From Tubulanus polymorphus (taxonomy: Eukaryota; Animalia; Nemertea): 64,000 nt of DNA. A program made the translations under genes and the position numbers. The stretch covers positions 2,294,001-2,358,000 of the forward strand of contig NC_134036.1 of the NCBI RefSeq assembly GCF_964204645.1, read 5' to 3'. Within the stretch, counting starts at the first letter, position 1; every line of letters begins with the position of its first letter. Below are positions 1-12,950 of the stretch, one piece after another. The notes under the pieces were generated by a model that was not told where the DNA came from, searched no databases, and was given only the letters and a program-made list of their open reading frames with translations.

Positions 1-118
1 CGACGATACACGTGACTCCGACACCGTAAACGCGCCAGTACTGTTTGAAATAGGCATCGTCGCCGATCGGGCACCTGTAAACTCTCGCCGCAGCCGATAA
101 ACTCGTCGTATTAGTCAT
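1..118 (-). CDS. N-terminus of a probable class-A GPCR, truncated by the window edge
   Basis: Not in the ORF track (too short). The minus strand from ATG at 118 reads MTNTTSLSAAARVYRCPIGDDAYFKQYWRVYGVGVTCIV(G): an N-glycosylation sequon (NTT), an N-terminal Cys and a TM1-like hydrophobic segment, the same layout as the other GPCRs here. A good splice acceptor (ttttattttcacag) at 327/326 implies a 5'UTR exon part at 325-119. Confidence 0.6.
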   Translation of the reverse strand, partial: MTNTTSLSAAARVYRCPIGDDAYFKQYWRVYGVGVTCIV

Positions 119-659
119 AGTGGTCGTCTGTAATGACGTACGCGACGACGTGAAATGACGAAAGGAACAGGTAAATTGGTGATGTATGGCATAATTGGAC
201 AGCGACAAAATTCTAATATGAACAAACCGTTTATATTTTAGTATTTCAATGAACTGTATACATTCAGATTTAGCGGACGAGCAATCTGATTGGTTCGTTA
301 CAAATTTAGCCGTTAAACATCCAGCCTGTGAAAATAAAATGAATTAAAATTTACAATTTAATATCGGGCCTCATAAGATACGTAACTCAAGCAGTGTGCG
401 AGTATGTGTGCCGATATCAGCCGAATCTAAATGTCTCGAAATATCCTAAATCCCTAAATTGGCAGCGTAAATCTCGGAGGGGCTTTTATCAACTTGTTAA
501 TCAGTCCTCGCAACGTAACAATGGGAGCTTTACTCCGCTACATTGGCCTCCTGATTTAGTTTGCGAATAGAATCGAGAGGGTACTGAAAACTCGAGGCGC
601 AGAACAGTCACGATTTAGGTCTAGAAGTGGTTTCAATTTTTCTTTAGAAGTGCGGTCTT

Positions 660-1260
660 GTGTTGGAACAAAAATGAGCTTTCACTGGTCTTCAGTTGTT
701 AGATTGGTTATAGAACCAAAATGAGCTTAGACTGGTCTTAAGTTGTTAGATTGGCTATAGAACCAAAATGAGCTTAGATTGGTCTTAAGTTGTTAGATTG
801 GCTATAGAACCAAAATGAGCTTAGACTGGTCTTAAGTTGTTAGATTGGCTATAGAACTAAAATGAGTTTAGACTGGTATTAAGTTGTTAGATTGGCTATA
901 GAACCAAAATGAGCTTCAGTTGTTAGATTGGTTATAGAACCAAAATGAGCTTCAGTTGTTAGATTGGTTATAGAACCAAAATGAGCTTAGACTGGGCTTT
1001 AGTTGTTAGATTGGTTATAGAACTAAAATGAGCTTAGACTGGCCTTAAGTTGTTAGATTATTTATAGACCCAAAATGAGTTTACACTGGCCTTAAGTTGT
1101 TAGATTATTTATAGACCCAAAATGAGCTTAGATTGGTTTGATATTGTCACATTGACTGTATAACTATGACAGTCTCAAACTGGTCAGAACTTAGGTGTCT
1201 TTAGACTGGAAGATTTGATTACAGAACCAAAATGAGAACTTAGGCTGGTCATAAATCTAA
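660..1260. repeat. 47-bp minisatellite (~12 units, some 36-bp deletion variants) related to the MITE interior
   Basis: Unit agttgttagattggctatagaaccaaaatgagcttagactggtctta. The core aagttgttagattggctatagaac also lies inside the MITEs at 3204 (+) and 56070 (-), and with one mismatch at 54632 (-). Confidence 0.9.
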
Positions 1261-1524
1261 ATCTCCATGATTTAAGCAAATGGAGCAATAAAATAAGCTA
1301 TTTCGACTCGATAGACATATCAAAATCGCTTCTCTCGTCTGTTCTCTCACTCTCTCTGTCTGTCGACCAGACAGTAACATCAGCTAACAATAAAGCCCGT
1401 AAACGTGGTCTGTTTGTATATGGGCGGATGATGTATTTAGTATCAGGTGTCCGCTAGCATAAAACATGAGAGCCGTTTACAAATTCCATGGACGCTGGAC
1501 GCGTGGTAAATTACTCTCCTATAG

Positions 1525-2062
1525 ACTCCCTCGTCTATCCTCTCTCTTCCGCCACTCTCCTCTCCTTCATAATCATTCGTTTCCTTCTTCTCTCCTCTCT
1601 TCAACCTCTCTCCCCTTTTCTTAACCTCCCTTACCTCGTCTGCCTATTTACCATTCTTTTCCTCCTTCTCTCTTCTTCACTCTCTTCAACCTATTGCCCT
1701 CTCCCATCTGTATGTCCATGCCTATCTTGCTCTCAAGCTCTAGCCTTTCTTCCTCTCTCTTCAACCTCCCTTTCCTCGTCTCTCTCTCTTCATTCACCTC
1801 CTTCTCTCTCATCTCTCTGTCCACATCCACCATGCTCTCAGACTATCCCCTCTCCCCTCTCTGTCTCTCTCTTCTCTCCCCTCCCCTCTCTCTCTCTTCT
1901 CTCCTCTTTCTCTCGTCAACCTCTTTCTTTCTCTCTCATCCCTCTGTCCACATCCATATGCTCTCGGACTATCTCCTCCCTCCTCCCTCCTCTCTCTCCT
2001 TTTCTCTCCTCTCCCCTCTCTGTCTCTTGTTCCTCCGTTCGCTTCTTTCCCATCTCTCTGTC
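1525..2062. repeat. CT-rich polypyrimidine low-complexity tract
   Basis: Mostly C/T with local duplications; explains the Ser/Leu/Pro ORFs over it. Confidence 0.85.
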
Positions 2063-3035
2063 CGAATCTCAATTAGTCAAACAGCTCACCGCAGCCGACA
2101 CGACGCTACGCAATGTAACACGATACCGATTTCTATTTTCTGACGGCAGTATTTCCATCCAACCTATTGATATTGGTCATTGGAGATTCGCCCAAAGGTC
2201 ATCAGCATTCGTTATAACCGGTATCGGCAGTATACTTAAAAAACGGCACCGAAGTGGCATAGCTTAACTAGCTGTGATGCCTTCACTAGCATTGTATACA
2301 AATAGCACTACCGTTAAAGTCGGTCCAATCCCTATGCGCCAGCTTCTTTAAGTCATCAAATGTGTTACAAGGAATTGTCGGATCTCTGAACAGTAACACT
2401 GGTACTGGTATAGCTCAGCTAGCTGTGATGCCTGTAGCATTGTATCATAGGGTCGCCCCAATCCCTATGGGCCTGCCGGGTTGGGTCATTAGAGGTGTGA
2501 CAGTGAATTGTTGGATCAATTAAAACGCCGAATCAGTAAATGACACCAAAAGATTATTCAAAATGTATTTGAATTCGGTAACTGAACTCAGTGTTGCAGT
2601 ATCCACAGTAGACACGATGCGTGAAGGTTACAGTAACCATGGCCACACCGATTCATATTGTTGCACACGGTTTGTTTAAATACGAGACATGTGACAAATC
2701 TAGTGAAATGGCGGAGGAATGTTGACAGACGACGACAGTCGAGGAGTTTGTTTTGCTCTTATTTTGACGGCGACGAATGAAAGAACTGCACGAACGAGTC
2801 ACAGAGTTTGTTTGTAGGATGGAGAAAAAAAGAGCAGCAATCTAGAAGATCAAAGAATAGACGAACGAGGAAGATCCGTGGACTGCAGAAGGGAAATGTT
2901 TCGGTTTACATTGGCCCAGTCCCGGTCCACATCTGCACTATCAGACTTCAATTTCATCTCCATAGATTCTTTTCGGTAAAACCCCGACATTAGTAAGGAC
3001 ATGCCAGCGTGAGATTACTCGGTTATTGTATGTCA

Positions 3036-3108
3036 GGGGAACTAGCTCAGATGGTAGAGCGCTCGCTTAGCATGCGAGAGGTACCGGGATCGATGCCCGG
3101 GTTCTCCA
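3036..3108 (+). tRNA. tRNA-Ala-AGC: tRNA-Ala (anticodon AGC)
   Basis: 73-nt cloverleaf: GGGGAAC/GTTCTCC acceptor with the G3:U70 Ala identity pair, D arm GCTC/GAGC, anticodon arm CTCGC-TTAGCAT-GCGAG, T arm CCGGG-ATCGATG-CCCGG, discriminator A. Confidence 0.97.
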
Positions 3109-3112
3109 CAGA

Positions 3113-3121
3113 TTTATTTTT
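3113..3121 (+). terminator. Pol III oligo-T terminator of tRNA-Ala
   Basis: tttattttt (T5 run at 3117-3121) starts 5 nt after the tRNA 3' end. Confidence 0.7.
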
Positions 3122-3182
3122 GGCCAAAAACCGACATTCAGTGAGGACAGACCAAATTACCAAACCCGGCCATGGTATGGCT

Positions 3183-3196
3183 GGGGAACTAGCTCA
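3183..3196 (+). pseudogene. 5' fragment of a second tRNA-Ala copy, truncated next to a MITE
   Basis: ggggaactagctca is identical to tRNA nt 1-14 and sits 147 bp downstream of the intact gene start; the MITE begins a few bases later. Confidence 0.65.
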
Positions 3197-3203
3197 ACGC
3201 CAG

Positions 3204-3341
3204 GGGCCAGTTGCACAGTTGTGACTTACGTTTTAAAAGTGGTCTTTGATCTTTAAACTGGTCTAAGTTGTTAGATTGGCTATAGAACTAAGTTGGTCTT
3301 AAAGTGGTATTAAGTCTAAGCCATGACTATGCAACCAGCCC
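3204..3341. mobile_element. PIF/Harbinger-like MITE, family A
   Basis: Imperfect ~25-bp TIRs (gggccagttgcacagttgtgactta / taagccatgactatgcaaccagccc), CAG target duplication at 3201-3203 and 3342-3344, related copies at 54632 and 56070. Confidence 0.8.
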
Positions 3342-6300
3342 CAGGCTCCTCTACGAACCATGTATGCATTTTTAATAACGTTTTTATAAGCCTTTGAGCA
3401 CCCTGGTGTTACGCCAGTTTTTCCCAAGACGTTCCCAAGTCGTTTTATCACTCGACGCTGCCTTCAATGAAAACCAATCAAACTGATGGCTTGTTTGAGA
3501 AAAAGAACTGACAATTAGTTAATGCACGACCATTAACTCCAATAAGTGAACAGAGTTGAAAGTCGTTTGGTTCTAAAAACTAATCACGGATCTCAAATTT
3601 CATTAATCACTCAAGTAAGAATTAGTAAAAGTGAGTGAGAGGAGGAGGAGTTTCATTCAAAAATCCAACAATAGGAAACCGTTAAGTTTCCAAAAACATG
3701 GTGCCTAGAAACAGATATATATGAGGCTTTAGTTTGTATCTATTACTTTAAATATTATCCATTGAAAAACGCTTATCATATGTACATTCAAATACATAGG
3801 ATTCAAACCCCTTAACGACAGAACATGGCCTCCAAAAAAGATGGCTGTATCTATAAATGACGTCAAAGGGGGATCAATGGCGTTGCCATCTTTCTTACAG
3901 AGTTTCTACATTACTAAGGCATCCATCTGATGGTGTAAAAAGGGGATTTGGGAAGCAGACATTTTGGGGTAATGCACTATTACATTATTTCCTAAGTTGG
4001 ACAGTGGCGCTCGTGATCCCAGAAGTCCACTAACTGTACCGATAGTCCTTATAGAAATGGTGATAAAAATCTCAATACTAGAACAGCTCAGTCTCAAGTG
4101 TATCGACGAATATCAAATATCACATCAATTGTTGCTATTTTCAGTGATATTTCATTCGGCTGGGAATGATATATCAAAACTCGTTGACAACTGTAGAATC
4201 CTCGCGAGATTCTCTGAAAGAGTGCGAGAGTGACGCACGATTTCACCAGAAACGATATTTATACATGTATTCGAAACGCGACGAACGGAAGTGGAGTAGG
4301 GTCCTTCGATCGACACCGAAAAGGTGGGCAAACGATCTCCCAAGATCAAAACAATCAAAATTTATATTTGTCCCAATATTGCGAAACCTACCTAAACTCA
4401 GGTCTACCTTCGATGGGCCTGACAAACTCACATCCACACTGCCGAAGGTCACCTAAACTATATAAACTTGAGTCCGGTCTTGACAGTGGAATGGGCTCCA
4501 TAATTATAACTATTTTTCCATCAAACATTTTTGAATTCAATTAAAGAGGGAGCGAATATCCTCACCCCCAATGCCAATTTCTATTCCGACAATTCATCAT
4601 TCATTTCTGACAAGTAAGAGCTTCACACGTAGACATACGAAAAAAAACTACTAAAAGTTTAAAAAAACGAATTTCCTTTTCCGCATATTCGCTCTTTGAT
4701 TGACAGTTAGGTCGACATCTGTCTAACAGTTAGGTCGACATTTCGACCGGCGCGATCTCATTCATCAGTTACGTAAGTTGTAACATGATTTCCCTTGTCG
4801 ACCCGAACTGTATCTGCCATCGCCTGAAGAGTTTTTACATTAACGTTTTCACTATCAGCAGCATCTTCCAAAATTAACCCGATCATGGAACATCCCACAA
4901 AAATCTAATTTTCAAAAACAAATTGGTCAATAACTTCTTCCAAAATCCGTTCCATTTTTGGGTCATCCGAAAAAAAAACCGAATTTACATATTATCAATC
5001 GTCAAAAATCTGCCCTCTGGTCGATTCGAGAACAACCTTATTGTCAATAAAATCTGACGGACTCTGAGCAATCTGTTCGATTTGGTCCATCCCAAAAAAG
5101 CTAATTTATAATAAGAACTAAGGACCTGAATTGAAGACAAATGATTTGAAAGGTTCAATGCCCTAAAGACCTAACCTAGTTCCAGAGCAATCGCTCCTGA
5201 CTCGACCTTTAGATAAAAATGATATCACAAAGCGTTTGTCATGAAATTATCATAAAAATGGTAATTAAAATCGCGAGATTAACATAATAAAAAACACATT
5301 AAAATCCCATTAGCATAAACTTTGCATCAAAAAGAAAAAAAAACCAGCTGGGGAAGAAATTAAACTAAGTAATTATTTCCATTAAATAGATCGAAATAAT
5401 GATATTCCGATTTAGCGATATCTATTCTAAGCCCGTATGAAGGGTTCGTCAAGGTAAATCCGACCATACGTCAAAACAAACGAATGAATCATTAAGTTAC
5501 GATTCAGTACGCCACTAATTCTAGTTATCAATTGTTTTCATCATCAAAAAATTGTTTTTAATAATTCGAATAAATTCGTCGTGAAGTCGATTTTGACTCC
5601 CATATTGTGATTCCAAATCAATTAAGTCCTCATTTCAGTCGTCACATTACTGAATTCCTCTATTTTTGAGTCCTAATTTTCCTTTCCTAACTAAGTGTTA
5701 ATGTTGTCGTTTGTTCCGGATAAATCGTCAACATCTCAACGATAATAGTCACAGCTATACGACAAACAACTTTAAATACCTTTTACCGATATACGATATT
5801 AGTCCAACTGCCTAAATCCGACATAAACTAAATAGCAATCACGCTCAATACTTTTTTGATCCTTGTTCAGCTCAACTGTATCAGCAGGTTCCAATTATAA
5901 GACGAAATCGTAATTTTATAGAATTTTTCAAAATGCTAGAAGCAATTCAAACCGTTATTTCCAGCGTTACGGCGAGCTCTCTCCTAACAGTGGGGTATCT
6001 CCCACGCAATAAACAAATTCAGTTTTTATCCAAATTTTGAACACTCGAATAGTCAAGACTTGATTAGCAGTCATCCGTATAAAAGCATTTCTCACAGGAC
6101 GATCGGCAACTAGAAATACTTTGGAATTCGTCGATATCCTTGAAGTCAAAAATTATTCATTTTTAACTGACACAGTAACAAACGCTGGGTAACTATGCAT
6201 CTCGCCAACAATGTACGTTATGATATCAACAACGTTAACAATTAGACCATTCGATAACAATGTAACTTGACGACTTTCTGAACGGTTTAAATCCCATTAA

Positions 6301-7761
6301 GGTCACTATATCGTGTCCCCTTTCACTTATTGTGACCGAAATAAAATCCCTTTCTAGAATTCAATATTTTCCAAATGATGATAACTTCCTATTCCGAGAT
6401 GCTATCATTGAAACCGATATATCAAAACTGATGATATATCGATAGTTATTAGAACTTCGCGTGAATATATATATTGTTGGAGTCGAGTGTTTATTAATCC
6501 TCACGATCGAAACCGACGTTTTCACGGAAAGAAAAATGATTAAATGTCCCACGACGTCGGAAACGTTTGTCGCGAGTGAAAAAAAAATCCTGTAATATTT
6601 ACGCGTCTTAGGCGTTTACGTAAACGCCGACGTAAATTCCAGCGTTGTCTGAGTGTTTGTTAATAGCGGCGGAGGCGCAACGTTTATCTACGTTACGACT
6701 AACGACTGAACGCTGTCGCTACTGTTGCAAACACACGAACGACGTTAACGTTACGCTGTAACGCTATGCAACGTCAGTAAACGGCGATGGAGCAGTTGAG
6801 CGCAACAATGGACAATAATTGAAGAGCATTAAGAGCGTTACTTCGCGCACTCAGACAACAATGAACGACGTTATTTCAAACGCTTTGACGTCAAGACAAC
6901 AATTATCAACGTTAGTTAACGTCCGAGGTCAGGACGCCAACGACGAATATGTAAATAGCGTTAATTCTGACGACAACGTTTAATTACGTGAAATTCTAAC
7001 TAGTCGTTGCGTATGAAGGTTAGTTGTTTACATCTTTAGGAACAAGGTATTCCGACGGAGAGATCGCAGAGTCTATCGAGGAATTACGTCTCCGTTACGA
7101 AAACCGATTTGACTGTCAATCAACCAGTAATCTCCCAACGCGAAGAAAAACTTTTTTAATTTTCGCTACGAATATTTCATTTTTAACAAATAAGCTGAAG
7201 CCTGAAATGATCGATCGATCCTTTCCCATCCAATTCCATCGTCCTAGTTCAGCTAATCTACCGCTGTTCCGTTGAAAATTATTTGCTCCGGGTTAAAATT
7301 TGTCAAACGCCGAACGTTGCTTAATGATACGTTAAGTACGCTAGTCGACGGAAACGCTTCCGGCGCAACAATGTGACGACGATCTCCCCGCGCGACGACG
7401 TGACCTTCGTCGACGTTACCGATATCTCTACGACGGTTATTACGCGTACGAGAACGTTAAAATAATATCGGGAATTATACGTTACGTTACGTTACGTTAC
7501 CTTACGTTACGTTGAATATTAAAAGATATTTCGCAGCTGTCGTTTACGCCGCGAGTTCTCACGCGAGATTTTACGTAAAACAAAAAAATAACGTTCGCGA
7601 CGTAAGACGACGTAAAAAACCGATAACGTAAAGATGAAATTGCGTCGATAACCGCGGAATAGTCGAAGCGATTCTTACGTAATATTTGGACTTCAAGATT
7701 CAGAGTGAAGTGACGTTCACTGACATATATTGGACATGGAGTGCTGATCTCGAAAAGGCGA

Positions 7762-7935
7762 ATCGACAAGCGGAGCTGGTTTATTTGAGATATATCTCAA
7801 CATATCGACAAGCGGACCTGGTTTACTTGAGATATATCTCAACATATCGACAAGTGGACCAGGTTTAATAGATATATCTCAAAATATCGAAACCGTTTCC
7901 TGGTTTACTCGACACATTATCTCAAAATATCGATT
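7762..7935. repeat. 42-bp tandem repeat (~4 units) containing the palindrome ttgagatatatctcaa
   Basis: atatcgacaagcggacctggtttacttgagatatatctcaac recurs at 42-bp spacing (7802, 7844). Confidence 0.85.
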
Positions 7936-8304
7936 GACACTAAAATGCGTTCAATACTACTCGCAAACTTACAAAGTTTTGTCGAGATTTCGCAAAAGAT
8001 TCTCGGAAAATCGATATTAGAAAACCGGAACCATCTGTTCCTCGATTTGCTCACCAAATAAAGAGATGGGTTTAATAGGTCGATTGATTGATTGATTGAT
8101 TTGGTTGATAAAATTCATATACCTTTCACACAAGACAACACGACAAACCCTGAAAAACGAAGACGTAAAGATATTTGTGAAAATTTTGTACTCACCTAAT
8201 TATTTTGTAGAGATTGACATCGAACCGAAAACAAAAAAACAAAAAAAATGTGTTCATTAGAAAGATTGCAATTTCAACAATAGGTAACCTCTGTGAGGTT
8301 CTAA

Positions 8305-9700
8305 ATCGTCATAATGTCATGGGGGACTTATAGAGGCAGCCATTTCATCTATATCAACTTAATGATGACGTCATAGGTGGATTGAAAGAGGTAGACATAT
8401 TTTCCGGGTGCGTCTATTTCACCACATTGTGTTCGTATAACAGGGAAAAAGTTTGATTTTTCTGGCAAAAATAAAGGGGTTAGGGGTTATTTTTTCCACT
8501 TTAAAAATAAGTCTCCGCAAAACATAAAAATTCTTATCTGGACAATTCTACCAAGTGTACTTTTTTTAGTGACATCAGAACATGTGAAATTGGATTTTGA
8601 TGGATCTAAAAATCAACCAAATTTCGACCAACTTTTTCCAGACGATGAATACAAAAAAATAACGACCGATGATTTTTCTGTGAGGGGTTAATCTTTCTAT
8701 TTTTCAAAATAAGTCTCCGCAAAACGTAGAAATTCTTTTCTGGAAAAATCTTCCGAGGTGCAAGTTTACTTTTTTCTACTCCTGACGTCACAACGAGTCA
8801 AATTGGATTTTGATGGATCTAAATATCAACCGGATTTCGACCGCTTTTTTTGCAGACGTTGTGCATACAAAAAAATAACGACAGACAGATATCCGCGATT
8901 GTAACTAATGTGTTTTCAGATTGTAGCGATTCGTCTTAACTAAAATGTCGTTTGGTTGTAATTACAGAACGTGACACTGTATATCGTCTGCTTAGGGGAT
9001 GAGACTAGACGCGAGCGATACCTGTCTCACTCTCTCGCACTCTCTCACTGGCGAGCAGACGAACTTTCGTTATTTGTAACACGATTCGCAAACAGATAAA
9101 TCCATTAGGCGGAAATTTCTTAACAATATCAGCATCGAGTAAAAGTTACGTTGATAAATTGGAAAATTAGGTACAAAAATTGTTTTACAACTTTTTACAA
9201 CTTTGGTCACGATCAGTGAAATTAGTTCTTCCTTTCAATCTACAAAACAATCTAATGATGTCATAGGGTGATTAGTGATTGCAGCCATCTTTTCTAGACA
9301 TATCTACATCTCAACATGAGTCGTATGACGTCATAAGGAGATTCATTGAGAGAGCTATCGTTCTCGGGGTGCGTGCATCACCATATCGATGGCATGACGT
9401 CATTGGGGGTTTATGGAAGCAGCCATTTCTTTGAATTCAAGTAATATCATGACGTCATCAGGCGATTAGATCAAAACATTAGTAAATATTTGATGATGTC
9501 ATGGGGGGATTTATGGAGGCTGACATCTTTTCTAGAAGTGTCTATAGATTTCTAAAAAAAATCGGGGAAAAATGTGATGATGTCATAGGAAGATTTTTTT
9601 AGATAGACATCTTTTTTTTTCTAGAAGTGTATGATCACTACATCAAATTGATGACGTCATAGGGGGATTTATAGAGGCAGCCATATCCTATTTGATGCTA
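8305..9700 (+). repeat. Cluster of a degenerate dispersed repeat (tgatga(c/t)gtcataggggg...gcagccat)
   Basis: About 9-10 copies of the ~35-nt core in two sub-clusters (8305-8410, 9250-9700). Confidence 0.7.
8500..8882. repeat. ~200-bp imperfect tandem duplication
   Basis: aaaataagtctccgcaaaac...aaattggattttgatggatctaaa...acaaaaaaataacgac appears twice. Confidence 0.75.
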
Positions 9701-10960
9701 AGCTCCACGGAACTGTTTAGCTAAATGAGATGCAGCGCATGGTTATCTGATGACGTCAGAGACCTGTAGCGCTCAAGAGACATTACTATTTATTACGAGT
9801 CTCGATGGACTCATTTTTGCGACCTTGGAATTTACAATTCGCTAGTTTATATTTGTAGTAATTTCTCTGTTTGATGAAAGCGCGCGTTACATTCCCTCGC
9901 GATACATCGACGCAGACGACATTTCTATTTACATTCGATCTATTTCGATTGCGAACCGTTAATACATATCAGCAGACGTCGTTTTAACTCCGCTACCAGT
10001 TCTACAGTTTAAACATCGGTTTAAAAATGAATCTACATTTCAATATTCGAAGTTAATCTAAAAAGTATCTAGATAACTATACAACATTGGTTGGAGGGTT
10101 TTTAATAGGACACATCCAGGTTATTGGGTGTCTCAAGTTGATGTGACAATTTCTTGATCCTATATAACCTTGGAAAGGTTTCAGTATTCAGTTTAAAACG
10201 TGAATGATTACAAGAAGGCATTAGAATTAGTAAAAGATAATCATAACACTATGAAATACAAAAACATCATCAGCCATTTTGGAAGATGTCTCCCTCTACG
10301 AGGAAATTAGTGAACTATATAGCCTATGGCATTGGCAATTCAGCGAGGAGGTTCAGGAACTATTTTTCGTTTATACACCCTCCATTATCCAATCCAATAA
10401 TTTCATTTATCAAGTTTGGTTTTGCAGTAAAATAGGCGTGATCTACATGAACCGTCATCCTAAATAGGTAAAGAAGACTCCCTACAGATTACTAATCCAT
10501 CACAATAATTTATTAATTAATAAAGATTAAATTTTAATCATTTCGGAGGGACCATTCTCTTGGACACACTGTATAGACACTGGCCAGCCGCTTCAGAATA
10601 ACACAGAGCCCGGATATCGACCGTTAACGCATCGCTATCCGGGACCAAACGACGACGACATTTCAGCGACGACAGTAATTCGAAATAATACCGGCCACAA
10701 TGTACGGAGTTAAGTACAGTATTCCGTCGTTAATCGAGGTTTATACAACAGAGCAATTTACTCTCTAATGAACGGGAACTGTTTGACCGGCATGTTCTGT
10801 ACCCGATAATGACTGCGGTCAAAATGAACGATTCGTGGATAATTGCGAGACGAATTAATCTGAAATTCGGATAAAGAGTCAGATGACCTCGATTATCAGT
10901 GCACTAGACACCAGGGGGCGGCAAACGACCTTTCGGTGCTGTTTATATAATTAATCTCGA

Positions 10961-11573
10961 TTAGTTACTAATGACGACCTTCTCATTCTCGATAACTTCA
11001 ACAATTCAGTAAAATTGTGATTAGTTACTAATGACGACCTTCTCATTCTCGATAACTTCAACGATTCAGAAAAATTATGATTAGTTACTAATGACGACCT
11101 TCTAATTCTCAATAACTTCAACGATTCAGTAAAATTATGATTAGTTACTAATGACGACCTTCTCATTCTCAATATATTCAACGATTCAGTAAAATTATGA
11201 TTAGTTACTAGTGACGACCTTCTCATTCTCAATGACTTCAACGATTCAGTAAAATTATGATTAGTTACTAATGACGACCTTCTCATTCTCGATGACTTCA
11301 ACGATTCAGTAAAATTATGATTAGTTACTAATGACGACCTTCTCATTCTCAATGACTTCAACGATTCAGTAAAATTATGATTAGTTACTAATGACGACCT
11401 TCTCATTCTCGATAACTTCAACGATTCAGTAAAATTATGATTAGTTACTAATGACGACCTTCTCATTCTCAATATATTCAACGATTCAGAAAAATTATGA
11501 TTGGTTACTAATGACGACCTTCTCATCCTCAATAACTTCAATGACTCAGTAAATTTATGATCTGTTACTAATG
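10961..11573. repeat. 60-bp minisatellite, ~10 near-identical units
   Basis: ttagttactaatgacgaccttctcattctcgataacttcaacgattcagtaaaattatga repeats in register with the 60-column lines. Confidence 0.95.
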
Positions 11574-12077
11574 CAAAAACGACCACCTCAATGTCAATAA
11601 TTTCAGAGATTTTGAAATATAATTTTAAAACCCAATGAATCCGTGGATTCGAATAGTTTAGTTTCATGATCTATCGGTAGATGGCGCCACCAATCAGTCA
11701 TGGATGTGGCGGGAAAGTGCCGATTGAAACTTTTAGTTCAGCGTTCTATTCGCAGATGGCAGCACGCTACAACCGGGCGAAGAATTCTTTGAGAGGAGAG
11801 GAAAGGTTTTTTTAACGAATGGATCACATGTGCACGTTAGGAATTAAAAACCAGCTTTGATTGGATGAGCTGAACCGTCGATACGGTTTGCGATAAACTC
11901 ACTTCGGGAAAAGGAAGGTTTCTTGTCGACCTAGAAAAATAACCCTGACATTTCCGGATCCGGGTGCAGTGCGATCAGCAAGTGCGACGGTATTGGAAAA
12001 ATCTGAATTTCTACTACGGGTGGACCAGATGTTTGCGTATCCAATTACTGCAGATTATAGGGAATTTTTCTTCGTCG

Positions 12078-12435
12078 TCAAATACTGAGTAAGAGCTAAA
12101 CTGGATTGGTAGTTTAGACGTCCATGATAAGAGTTTCTTGAAATTTTGTAGTCGGAAATCTTTTACAGAATCTGTCTCTTACTGCGGCAAATTGGTGTCA
12201 AATACTGAGTAAGAGTTTGTGAAATACAGTAGACTCTGTCTCTTACAGCGGTAAAGTTGAGACTGGTAAAATCCTTCCCCGAGTTGGGGTCAAATACTGA
12301 GTAAGAGTTTGTGAAATACAGTAGACTCTGTCTCTTACTGCGGCAAATTAGTGTCAAATACTGAGTAAGAGTTTGTGAAATACAGTAGACTCTAACTGTG
12401 GTTAAGTTGAGACCGGTGAAATTAGACTCTGTCAA
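12078..12435. repeat. Irregular tandem repeat with core gtcaaatactgagtaagag(tttgtgaaatacagtagactct)
   Basis: Four copies of the core separated by partly shared linkers of unequal length. Confidence 0.8.
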
Positions 12436-12860
12436 AAATACGGATTGATGGAATGCATTCCTTGTTTCTAATCAAACCTCACCACCAAAAAAACAAAAGA
12501 CAGTAGCGACACTTGCGGTAGAATATCGAATTACACCTAAACAACGACAACAATAGTCAACCGACTGTAACCCGAGGCAACAACATTTGTTACGGACACC
12601 TCTCGTCTGTGGCGCTCTTAAAATCGGCTGTATCGATTCCCCCTATTGAAAGATGGTTTGTTTTTTAGTGCTGGTTTAGGATACTCGACTCCTCTACCAA
12701 TGGGCGATATAGCGATCCGTCCCGAAGCCACCTTTTAGCGTTATCCAGAGATGAAAGACTTTCAATTTTATAACAAAGAATTGAGTGGCTTTTAGCGGCT
12801 TGATGGAAAGGTGTCCTGTTTTTGACATTTACAGCACAAGATATTAGCCATTCAGCGAGT

Positions 12861-12950
12861 AGAGAGAAGAGAGGGAGAGGGAGAGAGAGAGGGAGAGGGA
12901 GAGAGGAGAGGAGAGGGAGAGAGGAGAGGAGAGGAGAGAGAGGGGGCGGA
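12861..12950. repeat. GA-rich microsatellite
   Basis: Near-pure purine tract. Confidence 0.85.

Noticed and set aside
1488-2267. 259-aa Ser/Leu/Pro ORF and overlapping ORFs
   Set aside because: Translations of a CT-rich low-complexity tract; no domain signal.
12078-12435. CRISPR-like repeat-spacer appearance (also 46565-46985)
   Set aside because: Eukaryotic context, no cas genes, degenerate repeats, and the spacers are related to each other and of irregular length.
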